Origin: Malacoraja senta
Lineage: Eukaryota
Direction: 5' to 3'
Length of the DNA: 64,000 bases
Assembly (NCBI GenBank): GCA_038087875.1
Contig: CM075998.1
Location: forward strand, 4,466,001-4,530,000
Each line of letters opens with the position of its first letter. The stretch's first letter is position 1. Positions 1 through 11,136 of this stretch are shown piece by piece. The notes below the pieces were generated by a model, which had not been told where the DNA came from, made no database searches, and was given only the letters and a program-made list of their open reading frames with translations. The translations under genes and the position numbers were made by a program.

Positions 1-264
1 TAAGAAACTGTCGCATTGCTATAATATCTGTCACTTTTGTAGGACATTGCCCCAAAGCATTTTACAACCAAAGTTCTTATCAAAGTTTGAAACACAGCTT
101 TCATTATGTGCACAGCAAGATCTCATAAATAGTTTCACTTACTGCTGGACACAGGCAAAATTCACCTTCTCACTTTAATATGATTCTAGCATTCAGCCAG
201 CACTGTTTATTACCATAGCACCTGTCGACATGGCCTAAAGTGGTCAGTACCAGTCGGAACAGCA

Positions 265-951
265 TTTAGTTTAGTTTCGAGATACAGCGCCGAAACAGGC
301 CCTTCGGCCCACCGAGTCCGCGCCCACCAGCGATCCCCGCACACCAACGCTATCCTACACACACACTAGGGACAATTTACAATTTTATCAAAGCCAATTA
401 CCCTACAAACCTGTACATCTTTGGAATGTAGGAGGAAACCGGAGCACCCGGAGAAAACCCACATAGTTCAGAATCAGAATCAGAATCACACTTTATTCGC
501 CAAGTATGTTTTGCAACATGCGAGGAATTTCATTGGCCAGGTCAGTCATACAATTAAAAGTAACGGATCACTCAAAAACACATTTTAACATGAACATCCA
601 CCACAGTGACCCCTCCACATTCCTCACTGTGATGGAAGGCAAAATAAAGTTCAAGTCTCGTCCTTTTGTTCTTCCTCGGTCGTGGGCCTCGAGCCCCCGT
701 TGACGGGATGACGGGATGTTGACTCCCGTAGCCGGCAGCGTTCGGGCCCTCCGCGTCGAGGCGATCAGCTCCCGCATCGGGGGGATGTCAGCTCACCCGC
801 GCCAGGCGATCGAACCTCACGTTGGGGCTGGTCGAACCTTCCGCGGGAAGAACGTATAACCTCTGTACAGGTAACACCCATAGTCAGGATGGAACCCGGG
901 TCAATGGCGCTGTGAGGCAGCAACTCTACCTGCTGCGCCACCGTGCCGCCC
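265..951 (-). mobile_element. HE1-type tRNA-derived SINE, interrupted by a ~375-bp insertion (467-843)
   Basis: On minus it begins GGGCGGCACGGTGGCGCAGCAGGTAGAGTTGCTG (A box) at 951, has a B-box-like GGTTCCATCC and ends in a (AAACT)n tail at ~265. The body matches the other copies in the window. Confidence 0.85.
467..843 (-). mobile_element. Non-LTR retroposon 3' fragment with (GATTCT)n tail nested in the SINE
   Basis: CAGAAT x3 followed by CACTTTATT (AATAAA on minus) at the left end. It splits the SINE consensus between 'acccacatag' and 'gggaagaacgta'. Confidence 0.6.
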
Positions 952-965
952 AAAGCGTGAGCACT

Positions 966-969
<4 letters not shown>

Positions 970-1009
<40 letters not shown>

Positions 1010-3947
1010 ATTTATTAGAAGTACATTACATCACAGCCACATACATTAATACTCGTCATTTATATCTTCTTACAATTAATGTACTCCCTTTATTTTTTTT
1101 TTTTACACTAAAGAAAGAAAAGATTGAAAGAGAGAAGAAAGTGAAGGAAAAAGTGCAAGTGTAGAAAAGTGTAGAAAATGTAACAACAAAAAAAAAGGAC
1201 GAGGACCCTATGAGAGCGAAATTAAAAACAAAAAGAAAAAGAGTTAAGAAATAGGCCCTAAGAAAAGAAAAGAGAGAGAGAAAAAAAGAAAAACAAATGT
1301 TTTTTTTTGAGCATCACGTAAATAGGACATACCAACTCTTCAACTATCATCCCCCCTTACCCGACCTCAATTTTTTATTTTTTTAAAGTACTTTTGCACC
1401 CTATGTTTGTAATAATTCTATAAATGCAGACCACGTCAGGTGGAAGTGATCTGGTTTACCTGCTAGGAGGAGTCTTATCTCTTCAAGGTGTAGTGTTTCA
1501 AACATATTTGAAATCCACATATTTATAGTTGGTATTGGAGCCTTCTTCCAAAATTTTAGAATTAGCTTTTTTCCAGTTATTAACCCATAATCCATTAATT
1601 TCTTTTGAAACACATTTAGTTCTGGATCATCTTCCGTTATTCCGAAGATAATCCATTCTGCTTTGGGTATCAGTCTTGTTTTAAATAACTTTGTAAAGAT
1701 TTCAAAAATTTCATTCCAAAATTTTTGAATTTTTGTACAGAAGACAAATGAGTGCGCTATAGTTGCTTCTTGGGATTGACATTTATCACAAATAGATGAT
1801 ACGTTTGGGAAAATTTTATGAATTTTAGTTTTCGAATAATATAATCTATGTAAAATTTTAAATTGTATTAAAGTGTGTCTTACATTAATCGAACATTTAT
1901 GTACTTTTAATAAGTATTCATTCCAACTTTCCTTTGAAATTTTAATAGCTAACTCTTGTTCCCAGTCTCTTCTGATACCCTCCGTAGATGGTATTTGTAC
2001 ATTTAAGATAATATTGTACAAATATGATATTAAGTTTGTTGATTCCGCTTTTGTCTGCATTGCCTCGTCCAGTACATCTGCTGGGTTATTATGATGATCT
2101 TTTATATATTTTTTCAAATAGTCGCATATTTGAAAGTATTTAAAATATTGATTATTTCCGAGTTTATATTTTATTTGTAATTGTTGAAATGAAAGTAATT
2201 TTCCAGTTTCATACAAGTCACCAAGCGTTTTAATTCCTAGTCTATCCCATTGTGTATAAGCTTTATCTATAATAGAAGGACTAAACGAAGGGTTATTGAC
2301 TATAGGTAATAAAAGTGATAAGTTTCTTAATTTTAAATTTTGTTTTATTTGTTTCCAAATACGGATTGTACTATGAATAATTGGGTTCTTATTATAGTTT
2401 ATGTTATTCAATTTCATTGGAGAGAGGAGGATCGCTCCAATGTTTCTAGAGGAGCAATCCTCTTTCTCCATTACAATCCAGTCTACTTGCTGGGCGGAGT
2501 TATCCATCAGTTGAATCATGTTTTTAATATTTACTGACCAATAATAATACATAAAATTGGGTAGTGCTAGACCCCCCAATACTTTAGATTTATTCAGATG
2601 GGTTTTTTGTATTCTATGTGATTTATAGTCCCATATAAAATTAGTGATATCTGAGTCGAGTTTTTTAAAAAACTTCTTAGGTAAGTATATAGGAATTGAT
2701 TGAAATAGGTATAAAATTTGTGGTAAAAAGATCATTTTTATTGCGTTTATTCGGCCTATTAAAGACATCGGAAGCGTTTTCCAGAATTTAATTAATGTAT
2801 TCAGTTTATTAAGTAGGGGGTCAAAATTTGCCCTGAGCATACCTTGATATGCTCTGGTAATTTCGATTCCCAAATATTTAAATTTTTCTGTAGCTATTTT
2901 AAAAGGGAATTTTAAAAGATGTGTTGAATCTTTCGGTTTTATTGACATAATTTCACTTTTATTCCAATTTATTCTATATCCAGAAAAAGATCCGAAGTCT
3001 TCAATTAAATTTAATATATTTGGTATAGTGATTTGAGGTTTTGTAATATACAATAATATATCATCCGCGTATAAAGATATTTTATTATATGAGTCTTTAG
3101 TATTATATCCATGAATATCAGGGTGTATTCTAATTTTTTCTGCTAGCGGTTCAATAATGAGAGCAAACAGCTGTGGTGATAATGAGCATCCTTGTCTATT
3201 TCCCCTTGATAGTTGAAATTTCGAGGATAATATGTTATTAGTAAGTATTCTAGCTGTAGGTTTGTTATATAGTAACTTAATCCATAAAATAAAATTCTCT
3301 CCCAGTTGAAATTTTTGTAATACTTTATCCATATAATTCCATTCTACTTGATCAAATGCTTTTTCAGCATCCAGCGAAATAATTGATAATTCTTGATCTT
3401 CAGATTTGTGTGAGTGCATTATGTTGAGTAGACGTCTCATATTATTAGAAGAGTATCTCTTAGGGATAAACCCTGTCTGATCTGGGTTTATTAATTTACT
3501 AATGTATTTACTTAATCTTCTGGCTAATGTTTTCGCTAATATTTTTTGATCTGTGTTTAACAATGCTATAGCTCTATATGAGCCAGGTTCTTCTAAATCC
3601 TTATTTTTCTTAGGTATTAATGTAATCGTTGATTCCGCTAATGTATCAGGTAGTATTCGTTTTTTAAAAGCGTATTGGTACATTTTTTGTAATCTTGGTA
3701 TTATTTTATCATAAAAGTTTTTATAAAATTCATTAGTAAATCCATCAGGGCCTGGTGTTTTTCCATTTTTTAGTGAGTTTATTGTATCTTCTAATTCCTT
3801 AATTGAGATTTGTGCACCCAGTTCCTCTTGTTCCTTCAGCTCTAACTTTGGAAGATTACAGGTATCCAAGAACTTTGTGATATTATTGGAATCAATTATC
3901 GTTTTAGATGTATACAAATTCTCGTAAAATTGCGCAAATCTTTTATT
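970..3947 (-). mobile_element. Young 5'-truncated L1-clade LINE
   Basis: T34 run at 968-1001 (poly(A) on minus) with AATAAA ~10 nt upstream (TTTATT 1011-1016). Perfect TSD AAGCGTGAGCACTTCTT at 953-969 and 3948-3964. Uninterrupted ORF2 fragment. Confidence 0.95.
1401..3947 (-). CDS. L1 ORF2 fragment: reverse transcriptase plus C-terminal CCHC zinc knuckle; endonuclease domain lost by 5' truncation
   Basis: Motifs KTPGPDGF, SYRAIALLNTDQKILAK, LDAEKAFD, GNRQGCSLSP, YADD, FKYLGI and CDKC..HSFVFC. About 850 codons without a stop. The annotated start (3959) lies in the TSD, so it is not the native start. Confidence 0.93.
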   Translation of the reverse strand, partial: NKRFAQFYENLYTSKTIIDSNNITKFLDTCNLPKLELKEQEELGAQISIKELEDTINSLKNGKTPGPDGFTNEFYKNFYDKIIPRLQKMYQYAFKKRILPDTLAESTITLIPKKNKDLEEPGSYRAIALLNTDQKILAKTLARRLSKYISKLINPDQTGFIPKRYSSNNMRRLLNIMHSHKSEDQELSIISLDAEKAFDQVEWNYMDKVLQKFQLGENFILWIKLLYNKPTARILTNNILSSKFQLSRGNRQGCSLSPQLFALIIEPLAEKIRIHPDIHGYNTKDSYNKISLYADDILLYITKPQITIPNILNLIEDFGSFSGYRINWNKSEIMSIKPKDSTHLLKFPFKIATEKFKYLGIEITRAYQGMLRANFDPLLNKLNTLIKFWKTLPMSLIGRINAIKMIFLPQILYLFQSIPIYLPKKFFKKLDSDITNFIWDYKSHRIQKTHLNKSKVLGGLALPNFMYYYWSVNIKNMIQLMDNSAQQVDWIVMEKEDCSSRNIGAILLSPMKLNNINYNKNPIIHSTIRIWKQIKQNLKLRNLSLLLPIVNNPSFSPSIIDKAYTQWDRLGIKTLGDLYETGKLLSFQQLQIKYKLGNNQYFKYFQICDYLKKYIKDHHNNPADVLDEAMQTKAESTNLISYLYNIILNVQIPSTEGIRRDWEQELAIKISKESWNEYLLKVHKCSINVRHTLIQFKILHRLYYSKTKIHKIFPNVSSICDKCQSQEATIAHSFVFCTKIQKFWNEIFEIFTKLFKTRLIPKAEWIIFGITEDDPELNVFQKKLMDYGLITGKKLILKFWKKAPIPTINMWISNMFETLHLEEIRLLLAGKPDHFHLTWSAFIELLQT

Positions 3948-4157
3948 AAGCGTGAGCACTTCTTGACAAGAAGGTGGTCATTGGTTGATCCTTCTAAAGG
4001 TTAAGACGCTTTATGGAAACCATATCAAGCAGGGAAAGCACCAGGTCCACAATTTTGCATCTCTGGATGGGTTCATGAACAAGGTGGGGAGATTAATGAT
4101 CTCACACAAGTGCTAAAGGTCAGTGAAGACATTGTCAATTCCCACTTCCAAACAAGT

Positions 4158-5046
4158 GGGGGAGTGTTGAAGAGCAGAGGGATCCAGGAGTACAGGTACA
4201 TGGTTCCCTGAAGGTGGAGTCGCAGTTAGATAAGGTGGTCAAAAAGGCTTTTGGCACATTGGCCTTCATCAGTCAGAGTATTGTGTATACAAGTTGGGAG
4301 GTCATATTGCAGTTGTATAAGACGTTGGTGAGGCCACATTTAGAGTATTGTGTTCAGTTCTGGGCACCATGTTATTGGAAAGATGTTGTCAAGCTGGAAA
4401 GGGTTCAGAGAAGATTTACGAGGATGTTGCCAGGACTAGAGGGCCTGAGCTACAGGGAGAGGTTGAGCAGGCTGGGACTCTATTCCTTGGAGCGCAGGAG
4501 GATGAGGGGTGATCTTATAGAGGTGTATAAAATCATGAGAGGATTAGATCGGGTAGACGCACAGAGTCTCTTGCCCAGAGTAGGGGAATCGAGGACCAGA
4601 GGACATAGGTTCAAGGTGAAGGGGAAAAGATTTAACAGGAATCTGAGGGGTAACTTTTTCACATAAAGGGTGGTGGGTGTATGGAACAAGCTGCCAGAGG
4701 AGGTAGTTGAGGCTGGGACTATCCCAACGTTTAAGAAACAGTTAGACAGGTACATGGATAGGACAGGTTTGGAGGGATATGGACCAAGCGCAGGCAGGTG
4801 GGACTAGTGTAGCTGGGAACATGTTGGCCAGTGTGGGCAAGTTGGGCCAAAGGGCCTGTTTCCACACTGTATCACTCTGTGACTAGTGTAGCTGGGACAT
4901 GTTGGCCAGTGTGGGCAAGTTGGGCCGAAGGGCCTGTTTCCACACTGTATCACTCTGTGACTAGTGTAGCTGGGAACATGTTGGCCAGTGTGGGCAAGTT
5001 GGGCCGAAGGGCCTGTTTCCACACTGTATCACTCTGTGACTCTAAC
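4158..5046 (+). mobile_element. CR1 (HER1-like) LINE 3' fragment with triplicated 3' tail
   Basis: Translates to LYKTLVRPHLEYCVQFW..LERVQRRFTRMLPGL..LYSLERRRMRGDLIEVYKI (CR1 ORF2 C-terminus). Stop at 4664-4666. A 78-79-bp tail unit occurs x3 at 4802-5040. Confidence 0.92.
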
Positions 5047-5352
5047 TAACTCACAAACCAACGCATTGCCACATGCAATGCACCCCAATCACTTTTTGTA
5101 GAAATACAGACTCCCGCTTAACTGCACCCTCACACACTCACTGTTCCAAAACGTGCACAATTACAACCTGGTGCGAACTATTCATTTACGGTAAACACAC
5201 TGTAACAAACCTGCACACTTCTCCTGCTCACTGTCGCGGCCAGGATTAGCAGTATGGGCCTGAGTTCATTGTTTAACTGGGCTGAAGGGGAGGGTGCTGG
5301 CTATCAGAAACTGTATGGAGCGCATGGCCAGCAACAGCAGATCATTGAAGGT

Positions 5353-5496
5353 AGACACAAAACGCTGGAGTAACTCAGCGGGTCGGGCAGCATCTCTGGA
5401 AAGAAGGAATGGGTGACGTTTCGGGTCGAGACCCTTCTTCAGCGTTTTGTGTCAACCTTCGATTTAAACCAGCATCTACAGTTCTTTCCTACACAA
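5353..5496. mobile_element. Short Penelope-derived fold-back element
   Basis: Same pLTR-like repeat as elsewhere in the window, with a hammerhead core on minus. 12-bp TSD ATCATTGAAGGT at 5341-5352 and 5497-5508. Confidence 0.75.
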
Positions 5497-5939
5497 ATCA
5501 TTGAAGGTGATGCTCATATCTCATCTGCTTTTTCACATCTCATTTATCCCTCATCCCAGTCCCTCCTGATCTAGTGGCGATGCAACCACTTGCCCCCTTC
5601 CCCTCACTCTCCCCTTATCCCAGTGACCGTGTACTTTCAGATATGCTCAGACGCACATCTGGCCAGTCCCCAGCTGGCAATTGCTTAGTCAGATATCAAC
5701 ACGTGGAGTATGCCTGGGAGATTAAATGCAGGATCTGAATATGGTGAATCGCCAGAGTTCAATGGCTTTCGGCTGGGTCAGAAGGGGATGTGTAGCTTGT
5801 GATCACAAGCGCGGTCCTTGTCCTTATCACGGTGACCACGCAATGCAAGAGAGCCCGAGTCTGAAGAAGGGTCTCGACCCGAAACATTGTCTGTCCATTC
5901 CCTCCACAGTTGCTGCTGGATCCACTGAGTTCCTCCAAC

Positions 5940-6890
5940 ACAGGATGGATGTGGAAGATTTGAAAAAGGTGCAGAAGAGGTTCACCTGGAAGCTGCCTGG
6001 ATGAGAGGGCATTAGCTATGAGTAGGACATACTTGGATTGTTTTTCTAGAGCCTTGATGGCTGAGGGGGAGACCTGAAAGAAGTTTATAAAATTATGAGC
6101 AGAATAGATAGGGTAGACTGTCAGAATCTTTTTCTCAGGGTGGAGATGTCAAATACAGGAGGGCATAGCTATAAGGCCAGGGGAGGGGGGGAGATATCTA
6201 AACAGGGGGTAGTTGGTGCCTGGAATATGCTGCTGGGGGTAGTGGTGGAAGCAGATACGATAGTTCATAAGTTCAAAAGTGATAGGAGCAGAATTAGACC
6301 ATTCGGCCCATCCGCCATTCAATCATGGCTGATCTATCTTTCCCTCCTAACCCCATTCTCCTGCCTTCTCCCCTTAACCCCTGACACCCACATGCATGAA
6401 TTGCATTGTAAGTGGCGTTTAAGAGGCTTTTAGAACGACACATGGATAGGCAAGGAGCGAAGGGGTATGGTTAATATATGTGGGCAGAGCTGATTCATTT
6501 AATTTGGCATCATGGTCGGCAGAGACATTGTGGACTGAAGAGCCTGTACCAGAAACAGAAACATTGGAAATAGGTGCAGGAGAAGGCCATTCGGCCCTTC
6601 GAGCCAGCATCGCCATTCATTGTGATCATGGCTGATCATCCACAATCAGTAACCCGTGCCTGTCTTCTCCCCATATGCCTTGATTCCACCAGCCCCTAGA
6701 GCTCTTTCTAACTCTCTTCTAAATTCATCCAGTGAATAGGCCTCCACTGCCCTCTGTGGCAGAGATTTCCACAGATTCACAACTCTCTGGGTGAAAAAGC
6801 TTTTCTCATCTCAGTTTTAAATGGCCTCCCCTTTATTCTTAGACTGTGTGGGCCCTGGTTCTGGACTCGCCCAACATTGGGAACAGTATA
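5940..6890. mobile_element. Cluster of diverged CR1 fragments in both orientations
   Basis: KVQKRFT..RGDL..YKI remnant on plus (5940-6260). Minus-strand CR1 3' tails at ~6265-6390 and ~6555-6885. Confidence 0.75.
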
Positions 6891-8004
6891 TGTTCTGTAT
6901 TCAAAAACAGAGGATGGGTGCGAGCCATGAGTGAGAAAACTAGGCAGGTCATCCTGCTGGATGCAGAGCCCGGCCAGTACAACACAGGCCGACCTAATCC
7001 TAAAAGTTTTATTAGAAAATGCAGCCGATCTGAATGAACATATAGAGTCAGGTCTCATCAGGCTTGGGGCGAATAGGCAAGCTCCCAAAGTACATTCCCG
7101 GCTGCTTGTATCTTGGGATAATTTTGCATAATAATCCACGATGAATGGCATCAAACAGCAAAAAGAGCCTGAGGTTAAAAGAGAAAATGCTGTCAATGTA
7201 TCTCAACAAGAGCCAACAAGTTAATTTTATATGCACGATTCTTTGTCTGATGGGATTCTGGAAATGGAACTGATGTTCACATCCAAAACATTGCCTCGGT
7301 GCACAAACGCACAAAGAATGCCAAGAGCTCCAAACTTGACAGGGATGGCATCAAATGGGCAGCATTGGCAAGAGCATTATTTATTGCTCATCTCTGCTTA
7401 TCTTCAAGAGGGAGGTGGTGAGATACTGCAGCACTGATGGTAAAGATCATCTCCAAGTGCAGTTAGAAAAGGGATGGGTCTTTACCCAGCGATGATGACG
7501 GAATGGAATCAGGGATTTTTTTTTTTTAAAGGACTTGGAAGAGGTGGTGTTCCCATGCCACTGGGTCTTCTTCCCCCTCTATATTGAAGTGGCATTGAAG
7601 ATGTTTTAGTGAGTTGAGGCTGTGTACATTGCACACAGCACCATTCACAGAGCCACAGTACACTGATGCTGGAGAAAGTGAACGTTTGAGGTGACTGACG
7701 ATCAAATACATTGTGTCGCATAGACTGATGCCAAACTCGTTGCACATTGTTGGAACAGCATTCTCCCATGCAAGTGGAGAGTGTTCATTTCTTTTCCTGA
7801 ATTTGGCTTGTAGGCAGTGGACTTGCAGCTGCGGACTGCAAGGAGACGAGTCTCTCACCAGAGAATGCCCAACTTCTGACCTACTTTTGCAGCCACAGTA
7901 TTTACGTGATGGGTCCAGTTAACTTTCTGGTCAATGATGAGCTCCAGACGTTCTCCATTTGCAGGCAATATGCAGATTGTTGACACATGCATGGCACAAG
8001 TATA

Positions 8005-8444
8005 GTAGCCCCCCCCCCCCCCTCGGTCATGACTGACCATGGGTGATGCATCCTGGTAAGATGTAAGCCTGGGCGATCAATGTCATATGGAGGACAGGCT
8101 GTTCCCCATGCAGCATGTCCCCCCTCTCCACGTCGCTGATCGATCCAAAGGAACAGCAGGGTCGTTACAGTTTGGCACCAGCGCCGTCGCAGGAGCTGCC
8201 AGAGCGAGGTTGTAGGCGAACGAATGACGAACTGCCTTAGGGGCTACGACTCCGGATTTTCTTGAGGTTTACCCCTGGAGCCTTTTCCATGACTGGATAT
8301 GACCACAAGGCAGTGGAGGTTTGAAATCAGAGTTTTCCCTCTCCTAGATGGACCGCCTTCCCAGGCTGACGAGCCCCATCTGCCCGAGACTCGTGGGGGC
8401 GGGAGCGTCTACCTTCCAGTGCAGGTCTATAGCACCTGCCCTTT
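8005..8444 (-). mobile_element. Non-autonomous RTE-derived bipartite retroposon (5'UTR-like part joined to 3' end)
   Basis: 11-bp TSD GCACAAGTATA at 7994-8004 and 8445-8455. Minus strand contains GGGCTCGTCAGCCTGGGAAGGCGGTCCATCTAGGAGAGGGAAAACTCTGATT, recalled as RTE 5'UTR-like, and ends CCATGGTC..GACCGA..CTAC. No ORF. Confidence 0.6.
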
Positions 8445-8736
8445 GCACAAGTATATCTTGATGCTTATCAGCCTTAAGTTTTGTTGCATGCAAGTCTTGA
8501 TATTATGAGTAATTACTCTCACCACATCCTGAGAATTTGGTTCTTTTCATCATCTTTGCATCAAGACCGTGATGAGGTGCAGAATTGAGTGATCCTGGTG
8601 GATACCTAATTGAACATTGGTGAGCAGGTTATTGGTGAGTAACTACCAAATTATGGCAGTCGATTACATTTTCCATATTGATAATTGAGAGTGGACTAAT
8701 GGGAAAAATCGGACAGGATTGAATTGTCTTGACAGG

Positions 8737-9210
8737 ATGATATTCCATGGATGGCGGGACTGTCATATGCTGAGAGAATGGAGCAGCTGGGCTTGTACAC
8801 TCTGTAGTTTAGAAGGATGAGAGGATATCTCATTGAAACATATAAGATTGTTAAGGGCTTGGACACGCTAGAGGCAGGAAACATGTTCCCGATGTTGGGG
8901 GAGTCCAGAACCAGGGGCCACAGTTTAAGAATAAGGGGTAAGCCATTTAGAACGGAGACGAGGAAACACTTTTTCTCACAGAGAGTTGTGAGTCTGTGGA
9001 ATTCTCTGCCTCAGAGGGCGGTGGAGGCCGGTTCTCTGGATACTTTCAAGAGAGAGCTAGATAGGGCTCTTAAAGATAGCGGAGTCAGGGGATTTGGGGA
9101 GAAGGCAGGAACGGGGTACTGATTGGGGATGATCAGCCATGATCACATTGAATGGCGGTGCTGGCTCGAAGGGCCGAATGGTCTACTCCTGCACCTATTG
9201 TCTATTGTCT
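8737..9210 (+). mobile_element. CR1 3' fragment, (CTATTGT)n-tail subfamily
   Basis: ORF 8817-9122 (RGYLIETYKI..WNSLPQRAVEA..FKRELD) followed by the 3'UTR stem-loop and tail. Confidence 0.92.
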
Positions 9211-9816
9211 TTCTTTTTGTAGACAGGAAATGTTCTATTTTGTTGGGTAGATGCTGGTATTGCACCTTGTAACAGCTTGCCCAAAGATGGAGTGTTTTAT
9301 TCTAGAGCAGAAATCTTCAATGCTGCCTGTCCCGCTGAGTTACTCCAGCATTTTGTGTCTATCTTCGGTGTAAACCAGCATCTGCAGTTCCCTCCTATAC
9401 ACTCTTTATTGCTGTAGCCAGGGTGTGGTTTAGTCACCAAAGCCTTTCCTCTATCCTGCCATTTCTTAGTGTCAATTCGAGTAAATCAAGGCGGCTGATG
9501 GCTGGTTTCTGGATGGCAGGAAACTCTAAGACGACCAAGATGGATTATCCATTCAGTACATCTGGTTGAAGGTGAATGAGATTTTACAATGTTGCCGTTT
9601 GCTTAAGATGTTTGAAGGGATTGATAAAGTCTCTGTTTCTTCTGTTGGAGAACCCACAGCAAGCCAAGCATATTCATAACAGCATAGCTAGGTAATGAAG
9701 GAGATAGAGAGGGAAGAGGGAGAGATCTTGCCAATATTTAACTTTTAGGCAGCAATTATAACAGATTATCTGGCTGTGTAAAAAAAAATCCCAAAAAGCA
9801 ACATGGATAGTTGACG

Positions 9817-10020
9817 GTAGACAAAATTGCTGGAGAAACTTAGCGGGTGCGGCAGCATCTATGGAGGGAAGGAAATAGGCAACGTTTCAGTCTGAAGAAG
9901 GGTTTCGGCCCGAAACGTTGCCTATTTCCTTTGCTCCATAGATTCTGCCGCACCCGCTGAGTTTCTCCAGCAATTTTGTCTACCTTCGATTCTCCAGCAT
10001 CTGCAGTTCCTTCTTGAACA
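9817..10020. mobile_element. Penelope-derived fold-back element with hammerhead core
   Basis: Inverted arms. CTGAAGA-AGGGTTTCGGCCC-GAAACGTT at 9892-9919. TSD TGGATAGTTGACG at 9804-9816 and 10021-10033. Confidence 0.8.
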
Positions 10021-10611
10021 TGGATAGTTGACGTTTCGGCTCAGGACCCTTCTTCAGACTGCAACTGCAGTTCCTTGTGTCTACTTATCTGGCTATATAC
10101 TGTGTGGGAGTTTGCTGTGGACATATTGGCTGGATGTTCTCTCTTTTACTACATTGACAATAATTCAAAAAGTACACCTTTAGATGTAAACGAAGTTGGG
10201 GACTATGAGTTGCCAAATAGATTATAGAAATGCAAGGCTTTTCTTATGTATGCTAATCCCAAGATGTCAAGGACAGAAAATATGGCCAGAGAGCAGAATC
10301 ATTGAATTGTTGCCTCATTACTGCTCATTGTGGAATACAACGTGGGCAAGAAGCTTCTAAGAAACGGGTGGACGCATTTAGAGTTAAAGAGTCATAGGGT
10401 CTTACAGCATGGTAACAGGCCCTTCAGCCCTTCTTGCCCACACCAGCCAACATGTCCCTTCTACACTAGTCCCTATTCTGGGCGATGGACTCTGTGCATC
10501 TACTCGATCTATTCCTCTCCTGATTTTGTAGACCCTTCACTCCTATTGATGTGGGAATGATATAACAATGTTTTGGGGGCAATTTCCAGGAGTTCTGGGA
10601 CATCAAGGGAC

Positions 10612-11136
10612 ATAGATACATAGATACATAGAAACATAGAAAATAGGTGCAGGAGTAGGCCATTCGGCCCTTCGAGCCTGCACCGCCATTCAATATGATC
10701 ATGGCTGATCATCCAACTCAGTATCCCATACCTGCCTTCTCTCCATACCCCTGATCCCCTTAGCCGCAAGGGCCACATCTAACTCCCTCTTAAATATAGC
10801 CAATGAACTGGCCTCAACTACCCTCTGTGGCAGAGAGTTCCAGAGATTCACCACTCTCTGTGTGTAAAAGTTTTTCCTCATCTCGGTCTTAAAGGATTTC
10901 CCCCTTATCCTTAAGCTGTGACCCCTTGTCCTGGACTTCCCCAACATCGGGAACAATCTTCCTGCATCTAGCCTGTCCAACCCCATAAGAATTTTGTACG
11001 TTTCTATAAGATCCCCTCTCAATCTCCTAAATTCTAGCCAAGTCTATCCAGTCTTTCTTCATATGAAAGTCCTGACATCCCAGGAATCAGTCTGGTGAAC
11101 CTTCTCTGCACTCCCTCTATGGCTATAATGTCCTTC
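10612..11136 (-). mobile_element. CR1 3' fragment, young (CTATGTWT)n-tail subfamily
   Basis: ORF 10699-11022 (RGDLIETYKILMGLD..). Nearly identical to the copies at 25.1, 31.9 and 42.2 kb. Confidence 0.92.
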
